NCBI RefSeq assembly: GCF_000143415.4
Contig: NW_003314285.1
Location: 1,063-65,062 of the forward strand
DNA length: 64,000 bases
Source: Selaginella moellendorffii
Lineage: Eukaryota > Plantae > Lycopodiophyta
Reading direction: 5' to 3'
Part shown: piece after piece, positions 25,238 through 37,477 of the stretch
Numbering within the stretch: position 1 is the stretch's first letter
How the letters are laid out: each line of letters opens with the position of its first letter
Position numbers and translations under genes: made by a program
The notes under the pieces: generated by a model
Seen by the model: only the letters and a program-made list of their open reading frames with translations
What the model was told of the DNA's origin: nothing
Database searches by the model: none

Positions 25238-26428
25238 ATGCCCAAGAAGAAGGCATTGCTGCCGAGGCCGGTGGTGTCACGAAGCGAGCCCGCGGAGGAG
25301 CACGAGTCCGAGGGCGAGGACGAAGAGGACGAGTTCTCGGTGCAAATCGCCCCCGGGCTCCTCCCAGCGCCTCTCCGGCTCGATCCACCGGGACCCAGCG
25401 ACCCGGTGATCGCCCCCTACGCGGATTTCTTGCATTTCACCCAGGTACCCGATGTTCCTCGCAAGCTCGCGGGCGCCCAGGAGGTCCGAGGCCAGTCGTG
25501 GCCGCTCGCGCCACCCGACGAGATTTGCCGCGGCTCCACGAACATTTCCATCAGCAGCAGCAAGGACGTAGCGCTGCCGCCCTTGATCTTCTCCAAGCAG
25601 CACAAGTTCACGGTGGTTTGCTACAGCGAGCCGGACCCAAACGGCGATGGCGGCGATGCCAACAAGCTTTGCTCGGTGGTGTCGGTGGAGAAAGAGAGGG
25701 ATGGCGAGGACGATGAGATCTTGCAAGGCCGCGATCTGGAGGGAAGGATCACCAGGTTTGGCGATTTGAGCAGCAAGGTGGACTTTTGCATGCAAGTGAG
25801 GAGCTTGTATAAGTTTGAGACGAGGATCGTGAACGACACAACCGGTGTTTTCAAGAGCACGAAGCCTCGGGTGTGTGGAGCGTGCTCGTTGCAAGCTCGA
25901 GCGGAGCTCCTCCCGGATTTGAGGCACAAGTATGGGTTTTTGTTCCGGCACACGATCCACGTCCACGGCCCCGCGGGGTGTGATTTCGAGAGCAAGGTGA
26001 GACTCGCCGATCGATCCCGGGTGGATGTTCTCGCCGTCAAGATCGGCCCGAGCGCCAGCGGAGGATCATCCAAGCCGGAAGTGTTGAGAGTGTTGCAAGT
26101 GACGCATTTCATCGGGGTGAGCATCACGCCCATCCCGAGAACTTCGTCGGCGATGCCGAGGCCGCTGCCACCCGAGTTTCGCGATCCCCAGCACTTGACC
26201 ATGGACGAGGATTTTTTCGACAGGGCGGAGCTAACTTTCCAGGACAAGGAAGAAGAGGATGTTCCGCCACCTTCGAATCCTCCCTTTAGACGCCCCAGCC
26301 GATCCGAGCCAGGTATAACCAATGCCTTCACACTGCGTTGCGTGATCATGGTCTATTGTGAACTGATGTTTTTCGAGGTTCTGATTGAAAATTCCAGCAT
26401 GAAGACTGCTACTGAGGGAAGACAATAG
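25238..26428 (+). CDS. Hypothetical protein, ~360-396 aa (possible donor site at ~26313)
   Basis: Long GC-rich ATG-initiated ORF with an acidic N-terminus. No family motif recognised. Confidence 0.65.
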   Translation: MPKKKALLPRPVVSRSEPAEEHESEGEDEEDEFSVQIAPGLLPAPLRLDPPGPSDPVIAPYADFLHFTQVPDVPRKLAGAQEVRGQSWPLAPPDEICRGSTNISISSSKDVALPPLIFSKQHKFTVVCYSEPDPNGDGGDANKLCSVVSVEKERDGEDDEILQGRDLEGRITRFGDLSSKVDFCMQVRSLYKFETRIVNDTTGVFKSTKPRVCGACSLQARAELLPDLRHKYGFLFRHTIHVHGPAGCDFESKVRLADRSRVDVLAVKIGPSASGGSSKPEVLRVLQVTHFIGVSITPIPRTSSAMPRPLPPEFRDPQHLTMDEDFFDRAELTFQDKEEEDVPPPSNPPFRRPSRSEPGITNAFTLRCVIMVYCELMFFEVLIENSSMKTATEGRQ

Positions 26429-27999
26429 TTGACTGCTCACACTCTTGTGTTCTTAAATCTAATGTTTGGTTTAGATTGGATAATGCAGTATACAATCTCT
26501 TTAGAATTTATTTTTATTATAAATTGGTAGATTCGTATAAACTAGCATTCCTTAATTAAATGATTGAGCTTCACATTAGCACAATTTGATTGGTTTGTGG
26601 TTGTTTTTGTATCAATAATATATTTATGCTCTTTTGTGGTCACAATATCTTTTGTAAATTTGTCCATACTTGATTTTTTCTTGAGTTTCTATAGCTATTT
26701 TTATAGTTGTAACCAAATTATGTAAAAGGCTTACCTGCAAGGTAGTCATATTGTTTATTTATTGAAAAAGTTATCTTCCAAGTTCTAGAAATAGTTAAAG
26801 TCATAAAACCCATACCAAATATAGATTTCCTAAGGAATTTACTAAATATTAAAAATTGGGGGAAGTCTTTTCTCCAAATGCATTCTCCTGAGCCTTTTTA
26901 AAGAGTGTTTGAGGTGTCAAGAGAGTATTCAGCAAATTTATAAAGCTTGAAGTGCATACTAATGACAACTATGTGAAAGTAAATGTGGAGGTAAGAATTT
27001 TTCAACTTTATTATATTATTAGTACCAAGCTAAAAATGATGAGAAAGAATTTACTCTTAAACTAAATCATCTTTGAACAAAATTCAATTAGATTTTGGCC
27101 CATAAAGAAAATTTTATTATACTTAAAGCAAACATATAAAGGGACTAATGGATTAGTTCCTTTTAGATATACCCCATTTATAATGTGAGCACTAACATAC
27201 CACAACCTAGCAAATTGTCAACTCTTAAAAATGATCAGTAGTTTTTTTCAAAGAAAAGAACTAATAGAATCCCACATTAAAGAACTAACTGTTAGAGAAT
27301 ATTTTTGTTTATTCAGGGTAAATTTTCTCTAGTATTGTTTTAGCATTTAATTGTGTAGAGTGTTTTTGTAATTATTACACAATAAATTTAATGTTTTTGA
27401 ATAAAATATAAACATTTTATATAATAATAAATTTCTAAATTAAATTATATATAAATAATAATATTTAATACTAAAAAATTATACATTGGGAAAAAAGAAT
27501 AAACTCTCTTGAATTTAGATTATTGAAACCAAAATATATATCATTGATAAGAATATGCCATGAATAAAATCATGGGAGTACACTCATGTGTAGGAGAGCC
27601 CTCCAATTATATATATACACATACATATATACATATGTAGCATATACTTTTTGTATGTTGAGTAAAGATTTTTATAATGCACTGTGAGGGCAGTCACAGT
27701 ACTTGTTTTATATTTTTATTTATTTAGTCATGTACTAGGATTTGTATCTACCTGTATTATTTTGTTTCTATAATATAACATTGCCATATTTTTCCTATTT
27801 ATTAGTCCAAAGGATCAAATAGAAGTTTATAATTAATAAAAAGGTTAGCTAATAAATTAAAATAGAATATATCAGGAAATTTTTAGGAAATTTTACAAAT
27901 TATAAACATATTTATAATTTAGAAATACAAGATTAATCTAAATAAATAACAATGGTAGAATATTCTAGAAATTCAAGCATATTCTAGGTATATCCACTA

Positions 28000-28277
28000 C
28001 TACCCCAATCCCCTTAATATTGCAGTTGATCTTTTAACAGTTGTAGATCATGAAATTACAGTCTTTAATCTACATCATAGTATCAAAAAAAAGTACTTAT
28101 AGAATCTCAAAATTTATAAAATTGATTCACTATTAATTTAATGAAAATGTTTATATTTAAAGTTCTAGATTTTCTTACTATTATAGGTAATTTTAATAAT
28201 TTTTTAATAATGGTTGACTTTATAGATCATTGATCTAAAACAGTTAAAAGATCAAAAACTGCAATCCATGTGGGTCC
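28000..28277. mobile_element. MITE-like fold-back element inserted in the dispersed repeat
   Basis: Inverted repeats at 28020-28050 (ttgcagttgatcttttaacagttgtagatca) and 28231-28264. The flanks rejoin to match the uninterrupted repeat at ~1355-1395. Confidence 0.65.
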
Positions 28278-31200
28278 TTATAGGTTTACTTAAGAAAACC
28301 AAAAATCATATTTAAACCAATATAGTTAAAAACCATCCAATTAATAATTTTTTATCTTCTTTATTTACTAGATTATTTTTAATTTGTTAAATATATATTT
28401 TATGAATTAATAAATTTAAGTAAAATAGAAAAAATTAAAACACATAATTATATACCACTCACATAAATTCATATTGCATCAAAACAGAATACCAACCAAG
28501 AGCATTAAATTAGAGTGATCAAGTAAGGAATATCATACTTCTTATATCAAAATAATAGGGAAAGTAATAATACATTGCTACATGTTGCATATAGCAATGC
28601 TTCTTTTGTTTAATAATTGTGTTATTCTTACTTATTAATCTAATTGATCAAATAAAGTTTATAATTCTAAGCATGTTTGCAATTTATAAACACAAGATTA
28701 ATCTTATTGCATATCAACCATTAGATGATAGAATTAAAATGAATATACTAGAAAGGGTTTAAAAAAGTTTATAAATTATAAACATGTTTATAAATTATAA
28801 ATATAAGATTAATCTAAATGAATGACAAGCATATTCTAAATATATCCACAAACCAAAAATACATTTTAATTGTTAACAACTATAATCACTGTTATAACAG
28901 TCTAGATTAGTCCATACATAGGGATCACACCCTCGAAAAGTGGGTTTGAAGACACAGGATAGAGGTTTTTCCACAACAGTTGACTTCATTTCAGGTTTTC
29001 ACCTTGTTTTAGTGATTTAACCAATATGCTTCAACTTTGCTTTAATAGTTTTAAATATATTAAATGTTCTTAAGGTCTGCCTAGAGGAACTTAGCTCACT
29101 TTCACTCTCCCTCACAAAGAACTTCTTAAGCCAGTTCATATGCTTGAAGTTGTTTTATTTCTAGCAAGAATGTCACAAGCTGCATTGCAAGGGCCTTATC
29201 AAATAAGAGCATTTAGAGATTATGCTCTTGCCAAGGAACATAACAAACTAAATGATGTGGTTTTTGGATTTTATATGTGTGTTAAATTCAAATTAGTGTA
29301 TAGTTATCCATATGGCAAATTTTTCTATCATTTTTATATATAATTTCAGCATTATGTATAGATTTATATATGGATTTTTTTTAACTCTGAAGCAATAACA
29401 CATTCTTTCCTATGGTTTTTTCACATAATTTTTTATAGCTCAAATAATCACAGTTTATAGTTCACTGATACATTATTCTAGGTTATTATCCAAATAGTTT
29501 TCTAAAGCTCATACGTTATATGATTATTCATAAGCACATCCCATACCAATTGGTTTTTCCATTTTTTTCTCCAAGGTTTCTAGATATTCCATTTATATAA
29601 TTCTATCTATCTATCTATATATTACTTTTTTTAATACATTTTTCTTTATTTGCAATAATAAAATCTTAAAATAATATCTCTACTAAGTTTTATACTTATA
29701 TAAGCCTATAATAGAAATAATAACAATAATAATTAGAAAAATACATCTACATTATTAAGTTTCTGATATAAAAGCCCTAGATTGATAATTTTTTCATCAA
29801 TTATATAAAGATATAGACACATTCCTAATAACTAATATTAAGTGAGTATTTTTCTTGGTATCATTGTTTTGAAAGCATCTACATTCTTCAGTATCACATA
29901 AGGACTAAATAAGTAAATGTGAAACACTCAAGCTCAAACACAAAAGGCTTAGCATTACTTATATTCATTTGCCTCCCAGGTGACTCCTTTGTGAAACTAG
30001 AGCCAATATTTTATGCCTTAGGGAAGTGAGCCTTATCCTAAAGTCCTTCATTGAATTTTGAAGATGCTACATTCTTTTCGTTAATTGGCTTTTCCAAAAT
30101 CATATCTAGGATTTGAATTCTAATCGTGATGGTGGCTAGGGTTTTGATAGGAGATAGGGCTATACATTAGTGTCAGGACCCAAAGATGGTGAACTCACAT
30201 CCTTTATTGGATAGTTTGGGAGGTTTCTTTTGGCACAATCCCATAGATGGATATGAGGGGACTTTTGGGGGATTTTGGAACTATTGGCAAGGATTTGCTA
30301 CCACAAGGCTGTATCAACATTGTACCACTCTTGTTTCACTTGGTTGCACAGATGGTGGGTTGGATTGACATAGAGCTGTGGTGGAATTTTTGGGATTTCC
30401 ATGTGGTACTTTATTGAGAGGGTTTGTGTGGACCTGAGCTAGGGTTTTTTGTGACAATGGAGTCAGCACAAAGTGGCAAAAATATCCCAACAAGCAAGAT
30501 GCACGGAGGAAGCTTAGCATTTAGGACATTGGCAGTCATCTCTTGCCTCTGTACCACGACATGTTGGAGGCTCGAGGTTGGAAGTTCTCACAAACAACAC
30601 TTGCTAGTGCCAGCAGCACTGTCATAGAGGGGCAATCAACCAAGCTCCAGATGTCTTCTTTAGTGCCACCCTGGCCTTCTCCACTGCTACCTTGGCCGTC
30701 CTCAAGGGCGACACAGCGTTGCAAACCAGTAAGATTGTCATTTGGTTTCCATAGAGTTATAGAGTTATAATTTAGGTTGATCCATCCATATGAATGCACA
30801 GTTTTGTAAAACTCAGTGAAGACTTATCTCGGGTGATGATCGGCTGCAGGAGAAACTATCAGTCCTATAGGTTTTTGGTTTGTCCTTTTGGGAAATATAC
30901 CTACCAGAGCGAGTATGTCGAAGGAGAATGCTGTATAGTAGCCTGGAAAGTTGGGCTACGCTTTTATCCTGTGAGTTCCTGAGTTGATCAAACTCTACTG
31001 AGTCCTTTATTCATGAGTATATTGTCTCTAGATTGGTGGTTGTGCCATGACCTCTTTTTCCATAGCGTGCTTACGTGTTGTGGCAGTGCTATTGACGCTT
31101 GGAGTCTCATATGAGCGTCGCCGGGAGTGGAATTGAAGATCCTTGGCTCTCTGATCTCTTCCTTTCCATGCCGCTCACTGGCCCTGAGAAACGTTTGGCA

Positions 31201-31311
31201 AGCTAATATGTTCACAAGCAATGTTGGCAGGCTTAAAAGTTTGTTGATCTCCCCCCAAAGCCAGAAATTGATCTTTTGAACTCCTCAGATTTAAAATGTG
31301 ATAAACCCTAG

Positions 31312-33117
31312 ATGTGGAGGATTAGGGCTAGGCAGCTCGCTTGCAGGGCCTTGGAGAAGGAGATGGCGCAGGAGCAAGTGGTGACGCCGTGGGAGGTGTC
31401 GGGCAGCGGAGCTATCGATTATGACAAGCTCATCTCGCAATTTGGATGCGAGAAGCTGGAGCAGCGCCTCATTGACAGGGTCGTCAAGCTCACTGGCAAA
31501 AGAGCACACACGTTTCTTCGTCGCGGCGTCTTCTTTGCTCACAGGTACGTCGTCTAGATTGAAGAGTTGGACAGAGAGCATTTTTCTTCTGCTCCCAGAG
31601 ACTTTGAGAAAGTCCTCGATTCTTACGAGAAGGGAGAGAAGTTTTACCTCTATACTGGACGAGGGCCATCGTCAGAAGCTCTTCATCTCGGCCATTTGAT
31701 ACCATTCATGTTCACAAAGTAGGTGTCGGCATTTTTTATTTTTTTTTCCATCGCTTTCTTCTGTAGATATTTGCAGGATGCTTTCAAGGTTCCGCTTGTC
31801 ATACAGCTCACAGACGATGAGAAGTGTATGTGGAAGAATCTGAGCGTGGAGGAGACCAAGAGACTTGCACGGGAAAATGCCAAAGACATCATAGCCTGCG
31901 GCTTTGACATAAGCCGGACATTCATTTTCAGTGATTTCCAATATGTCGGTCGGTAAGTCATGTTGCTTCGTTCTAGTTTCTCGGATTGAATCAGCATGGT
32001 GTTTTTCCAGTGGATTCTATGAAAACATGATTAGCATCGCCAAGAGTGTGACCTTCAATCAGGTCCGAGTCCAGTTTGTCGCTATTTAAATTTTACTCAG
32101 TAGGAACTTGATGATTCAGGTGAAGGGCATTTTTGGTTTTGATGGCGAGTCTCATATTGGCAAGATTTTCTTCCCAGCTGTTCAGGTACTTAGTCTGCTC
32201 GCGTCTCCTCTCCGCCTAAATCGTACATCTGTACAGGCAGCTCCGTCTTTTCCAACCTCCTTTCCTCATCTATTTGGGACCAAAAGCAAGATCAAATGCC
32301 TCATACCTTGCGCGATTGATCAGGTAAGCTCTTTACTATTCCACTAGTAACTAAGGTTTTTCTTACCGATACAGGACCCATACTTTCGAATGACTCGCGA
32401 TGTTGCTCCAAGACTAGGCTACCAAAAGCCTGCCTTGATTGAGTCGAGGTTTTTCCCCGCATTACAGGTGAGTGCTTCTTTTTAAAACTTATAGCACTAA
32501 GGCGTTCCACATTTCAGGGAGAGAGTGGCAAAATGTCTGCTAGTGATACGAACTCTGCAATTTACGTGAAGGATACCCAAAAAGAGATCAAGAAAAAGGT
32601 ACGAGCAGCGTTAGAGTCTTACGGGTCTGACATGCTTCATAGATCGCGAATTATGCATTATCTGGAGGCGGAGATACGAAGGAGCTACAACGAAAGAACG
32701 GTGCCAATCTTAAAGTGTGGTGTTCCCGCGTTCTCGATCGGTCTTATATTCTTTTTTAAATTTATGTTACAGGTCGATATACCATTCAAATACTTGACGT
32801 TCTTCCTGGACGACGACGAGGAGCTCGAGAGAATAAGAGACGCAAGTAATCTCTTTGTTTTTTCAATTTTACTAACATGTTCAGTTTTTACAGGAGTATG
32901 GGTCGGGAAGAATGCTCACTGGAGAGATAAAAAACATACTGAGCGATGTTCTGTGGAAGATGGTTGAGCAGCATCAGCAGGCTCGTTTAGCCGTCACAGA
33001 AGAGGTTTGGAACGTGAAATAGAACACCATGGTTACTAAGTGATGAGGATTGTTATAATGCAGATGGTGGATGCTTTTATGGCTCCAAGAGAAATGCCTT
33101 TTATGTTTGAAAAGTAG
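31312..33117 (+). CDS. TrpRS: Tryptophanyl-tRNA synthetase, cytosolic type (multi-exon; alternative start at 31363)
   Basis: Motifs [59 protein letters not shown] at 33115-33117. Confidence 0.96.
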
Positions 33118-36100
33118 CCCACAGAGCAACAAGCTCTTCAAAGTTTTGGGAGGTAGAGCTGCTCTTCCAATTCCTTTTTTCTTTCAGAGAATGAAAAGTG
33201 CTTCTTTCGATCTCATGCATTCCTTCTCAAGCAGGTATAAACCAGGAACCTTAAAACCATTGTTACGCTGGACCGTAACTTGGGATGGAGTGAACGGGGT
33301 AAGCGGTCTTGATTTAGAAAACGCTCAAGATGGTCACGCATCGCAGCAAAAACATGAGTTGCCAGATTGAGATAGTGTCGCATTGGAACGCATTGATGAT
33401 GGCTGAGCTCTACCTCGGGCAAAGGATCCATAGCTGGAATTCTTCCACACTGAGAGCTAGGATCATACGAGAGAGACCAAAATCTTCTAGCCATTCTCGC
33501 AGGATACACTACTTTCTTAAGAAAAGTCAGGATTTCCTCCGGATTTTCTCCGTATCGCGCTCGTACAGGAGACGTGGTTGCATGATGTGGCTTTTCCCTC
33601 TGACTGGAAAAGTTCGTTGGTCAACAAAAGCTGTCGTGTGACCGGGATATTCGATTCAAGTCACTGGGGATATTCGCACACTCTAGAAAGCTCGCCTTCC
33701 TTTTCACGCTCAATCATTCAGCGTGGCGATAAGACAAGGGGAGGAATGCAAATAAACTTTGAGCTCACAGCGATGCGATGGCATTGAATTAGATTTTGGT
33801 GGATTGGACTGGCATTGAATTGGATCAACGCTGCTTTGAGTCCCACTTTCACATCCAATCTCTATGCATGTCTCGGAAGAGCATGGAAGTTAAAATGGTT
33901 TTTATTACTTTTCTTCTCACCAAAGAGGTAAGGGATTCTTGGAGCAGTGTCATTTTGATGATGGAAAATGATATGTGAAGAAACAGGGAGCACTTGCGTC
34001 AAGTCAGGATCTATAGTTTGGATGGGGACACTGGGAAGAAAACAAACATTTAACTATTCTTGAGAATAGGATTAGAGAGAAGAGGTTCTTCCTTTCTCAA
34101 TCTAGTTCGCTCGGACAATGCTGGACAAGAAACAAACAGGGACAAAGTGTTGATCCCAGCGAGAGAGAGCGCTCGTCTTCGTCTTTGAAGGCTTCAAAGC
34201 TGGTTTCCTTATACCATATAAACTGTTGGATCAATTGGGACAATCCAACCGCCAGCACCAGCAGTAGCGGTGCATCGAGCAAATCCATGGATTTGGGATG
34301 CTTTGACTGCGAATTAAAACTCGGGGCACATAGCACCATCTTTGTGTCGAGCATGGCCACGACAGATCCGTCTATGCAAGTGATTAAACAAATCACCATC
34401 CAGCTTTTCTTGTCCCACGGGTGCCTGGTTTCAACACAAAACCATTTTCTTAACTTTCAAAACCAAAAGACACAAAGCTAGTTTTGTTTCGCGTGTGAAT
34501 CCATGAAACCCAATCCGTCTCGAGCCAGCGACCGAAGACCCAAGAAATTCTAGAAACCAACGTAACAAAAAGGTGGCGAGCGTAGTTAGATAGATGTGGT
34601 CCGTACGGCAGCGCGTGCCGGGCTAGTTCGTACTGTGACGACGCGGCTTCCCCCGGCGAGCTGACGGGAGTCAGACGTGGCAGAGTATCCCGGAAATCTA
34701 GCGCGCGGTAGATACTTGGCACATGCTCATATGCCGTACAAGCGTACTTGACTGACGGGCTGACGGCCCTTGACGGTTGCACTTGCCGGCGAAAGTAAAT
34801 CTGGGAGCTGGTAAAAGGTGACGCTAAAGTAACTCTAGCTTGTCAGTTTGCCCTAGAAAACAAACCATTTCCATGCAAAAAAGCGGGGGCGTGCTACTGT
34901 AAACTTCTATAAAAATGTGGGTGACGTTTGTACTTCGCCATTGTCCCAACATGTGGATTCATTGTTGATGCGAGTACGTCTGCAACCAGAGCTAGATCGA
35001 TCCATCCATCGATCGATTCAAAGAACTTGGAAAGAAGGCTCTAAAAATGCATCACCCGGCCCTTCCAGCCTATAAAGACCTGTACCTTTTGTACTCGCTG
35101 GTGAATCGCTAGATCGCAATGTGGGGGCCTGTTTTGCCGAGTTCTTGGGCAGAGCCTCGTGTTACATCTCACCTCAGGCTTTTGATGGAATGGAAGTATC
35201 ATGCACTTGGGTGTTTGTGTTTGAGTTGTGCCACTTTCAAGTCTATACACCATACTTTAGGAGAATCAATGAATTTGTATACTGCCCCTTTACTTCTTTC
35301 CCCCCTGGAAACACACCCAAGTACTCTCGAGTTGCTGGATCCAAATCCAATTGCCCGGGATTTCAAGGTACTTTCATATAACTTTGCCTTTTTCCCCATG
35401 GACCACCTTCTCCTTCCGCCTTCCTGCGTTGAACTCAAAGCTAAAATATTAATCTCGCTAGAATCTTTGGGAGGAGTGTGGTCACAATTTCAGGCTCCAG
35501 TCTATGGAGAGTCATGAGAATTAGAGGTAATGATGGACACTTCCCCGACCACTTCTCAGACTAGATAGAAGAGCTTCGGCTCATGCAGGCAGCAGAACAG
35601 ATCACGTACAATGTTGTGCGCAAACTCGGTGGTGAGCGATCAAGGTTGATAATGATTTTGATTGATCAAGGTTATATTTTAATCTTTCACAACTTGCTTG
35701 CTAGGATCGAGTGTGGGTGTGTATATTGTATTCAATGTGGATATCATAATTTCTTATTTGGATTTCACGTGAATGATGGATGGCTCCCTAATGCCATGAT
35801 TCACAAGCGATCCTCTTTGACTGGTCTTTCAAGCTCACTTTGTTTACACTATTGCAAAAGCTGGTGTGAGAGAACTTTCGGATTGGTTTCTAGAAAGCAG
35901 TTTTCTTGGAATTTAATGTTCAGCAAATGAACTCGCGTCGACCACCGTGTCGAAAAACCCTCTCGGTCTGGTATTTGTTTGTTTGATTAAACAAAAACTA
36001 ATCAGAAACTATAGCCGCAGTGGCAACAAGAACAACAAAACAACAGAATAATGGATTTTGTATATAATTGGTGAATGATATACACAAAATTCCAATCGCC

Positions 36101-37084
36101 CACGACTCACATATGCCGTAATAAGGTTAGAAAAAACAGCTTTGGAATGCTTTGACAATAAAAATCTTTCTTGAGGCTCATGCTGTTGCCGGAACGGCAA
36201 GCTTTGATGTGCCATGTCCTGTTATTGAATTCAAACATATTATTCTTCACCGCCCTCGATTAATCAGCTCGGGAATTCTGTCCGCCATGAGCCCTACATG
36301 CAGTCATAAATTATGGCCTGGCCTGGTTGTTAACTTAAGAACATTCATATAAGAACATGCATGCAACACTTGGTAAATAGAATTTTAACGTGAGACGGGA
36401 TCCTCGCTGCACTCAAAGTTCTTGACATCATCCAAAAGGCTGTTCTCCTTGGAAGTCCCGATGGATCAAAGGTGTATATGCGGATTGCCGGGTGGCCAGA
36501 TCCGATCTAGAAGAAATTTTGCAATCCGCGGGCGCGTTAGATTTTGTTGCTGGATTGGCATATTGTTCAATGACCACCCTCGTCGTCTTAATTTCACTTT
36601 CAAGCAGCAGCAGGAACAGCAGCAGTAGAAACTTGGCAGGCAAGGAAGAATTGTTATAATCAGCGAGTCAGCTATTGCAACAGGGCAAGAACAAGGACAT
36701 GAGCTTCTTTAGATTATCACCTTTGAAAACATGGGATGGCACGTAATTACATTCACGTGCAAAGAGTGTGGCTTGCGATTCTTGAATCCCTCTCGGTGCT
36801 TCTTGTATAAAACAAGAAAGAGAGCCTCTAGGGCCGACAATCCCTCTTACAGGTAGCAAAACAACCATTTTCATAATCCAAAGCGAGCCAAAGCCGAGTC
36901 AATTAGTGCGTGCTTTTGGCAATATTCATCCGAAAGGTGGCGTGCTTGTCTCTCAAGAACCCTAAACTCCTTTTGTCATGTTGCTGGATGATCAAATGTT
37001 TCAATGCAATGTATCATGAGTGCGGCATTATTTGATGAATACAGTAGGAGCTACGTATTGGGCCAGGTGGGGCGGGCCACAATC

Positions 37085-37380
37085 CCCCGACCGGCAGACC
37101 CCACCGCTCACGTCACCTTCCGGTGCCGGAGCTCCGGTTTCCCGGCCGGGCAGACCCCACTTGGGCAGCACGGGCAGCTCGGGCAGTCCGGGCAGCCTCT
37201 GTGTGCGGTGTGTTTTTTGTTCTTGAGATCGTTAGCAGCAGCCCTTCTCTGAAAATACGTCTGTCTTTCCCAGCTCTCGCTTTCGCTCATTGTTGCCTTG
37301 TTAGATCCTGGTCGTGTTATAAGAAATTCCATACCGTCTTAAGGCTTATAATATTTTTCCAATTGCGCTCTATATATCTC
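37085..37380 (+). promoter_or_regulatory. Putative proximal promoter of the AP2/ANT gene: GGGCAG array plus TATA-like box
   Basis: GGGCAG at 37148, 37163, 37172, 37181 and 37190; TATATA at 37371; ATG at 37478. Confidence 0.45.
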
Positions 37381-37477
37381 CTCCTCGCTGGATCCCAAGT
37401 TCTAAAGAGTTAGAGCTTCCAAGGAAAAGAAAGGAAGCTGTAGATAAAGTTCCATCTGAAGTTTCTGGGGCGTTTGG

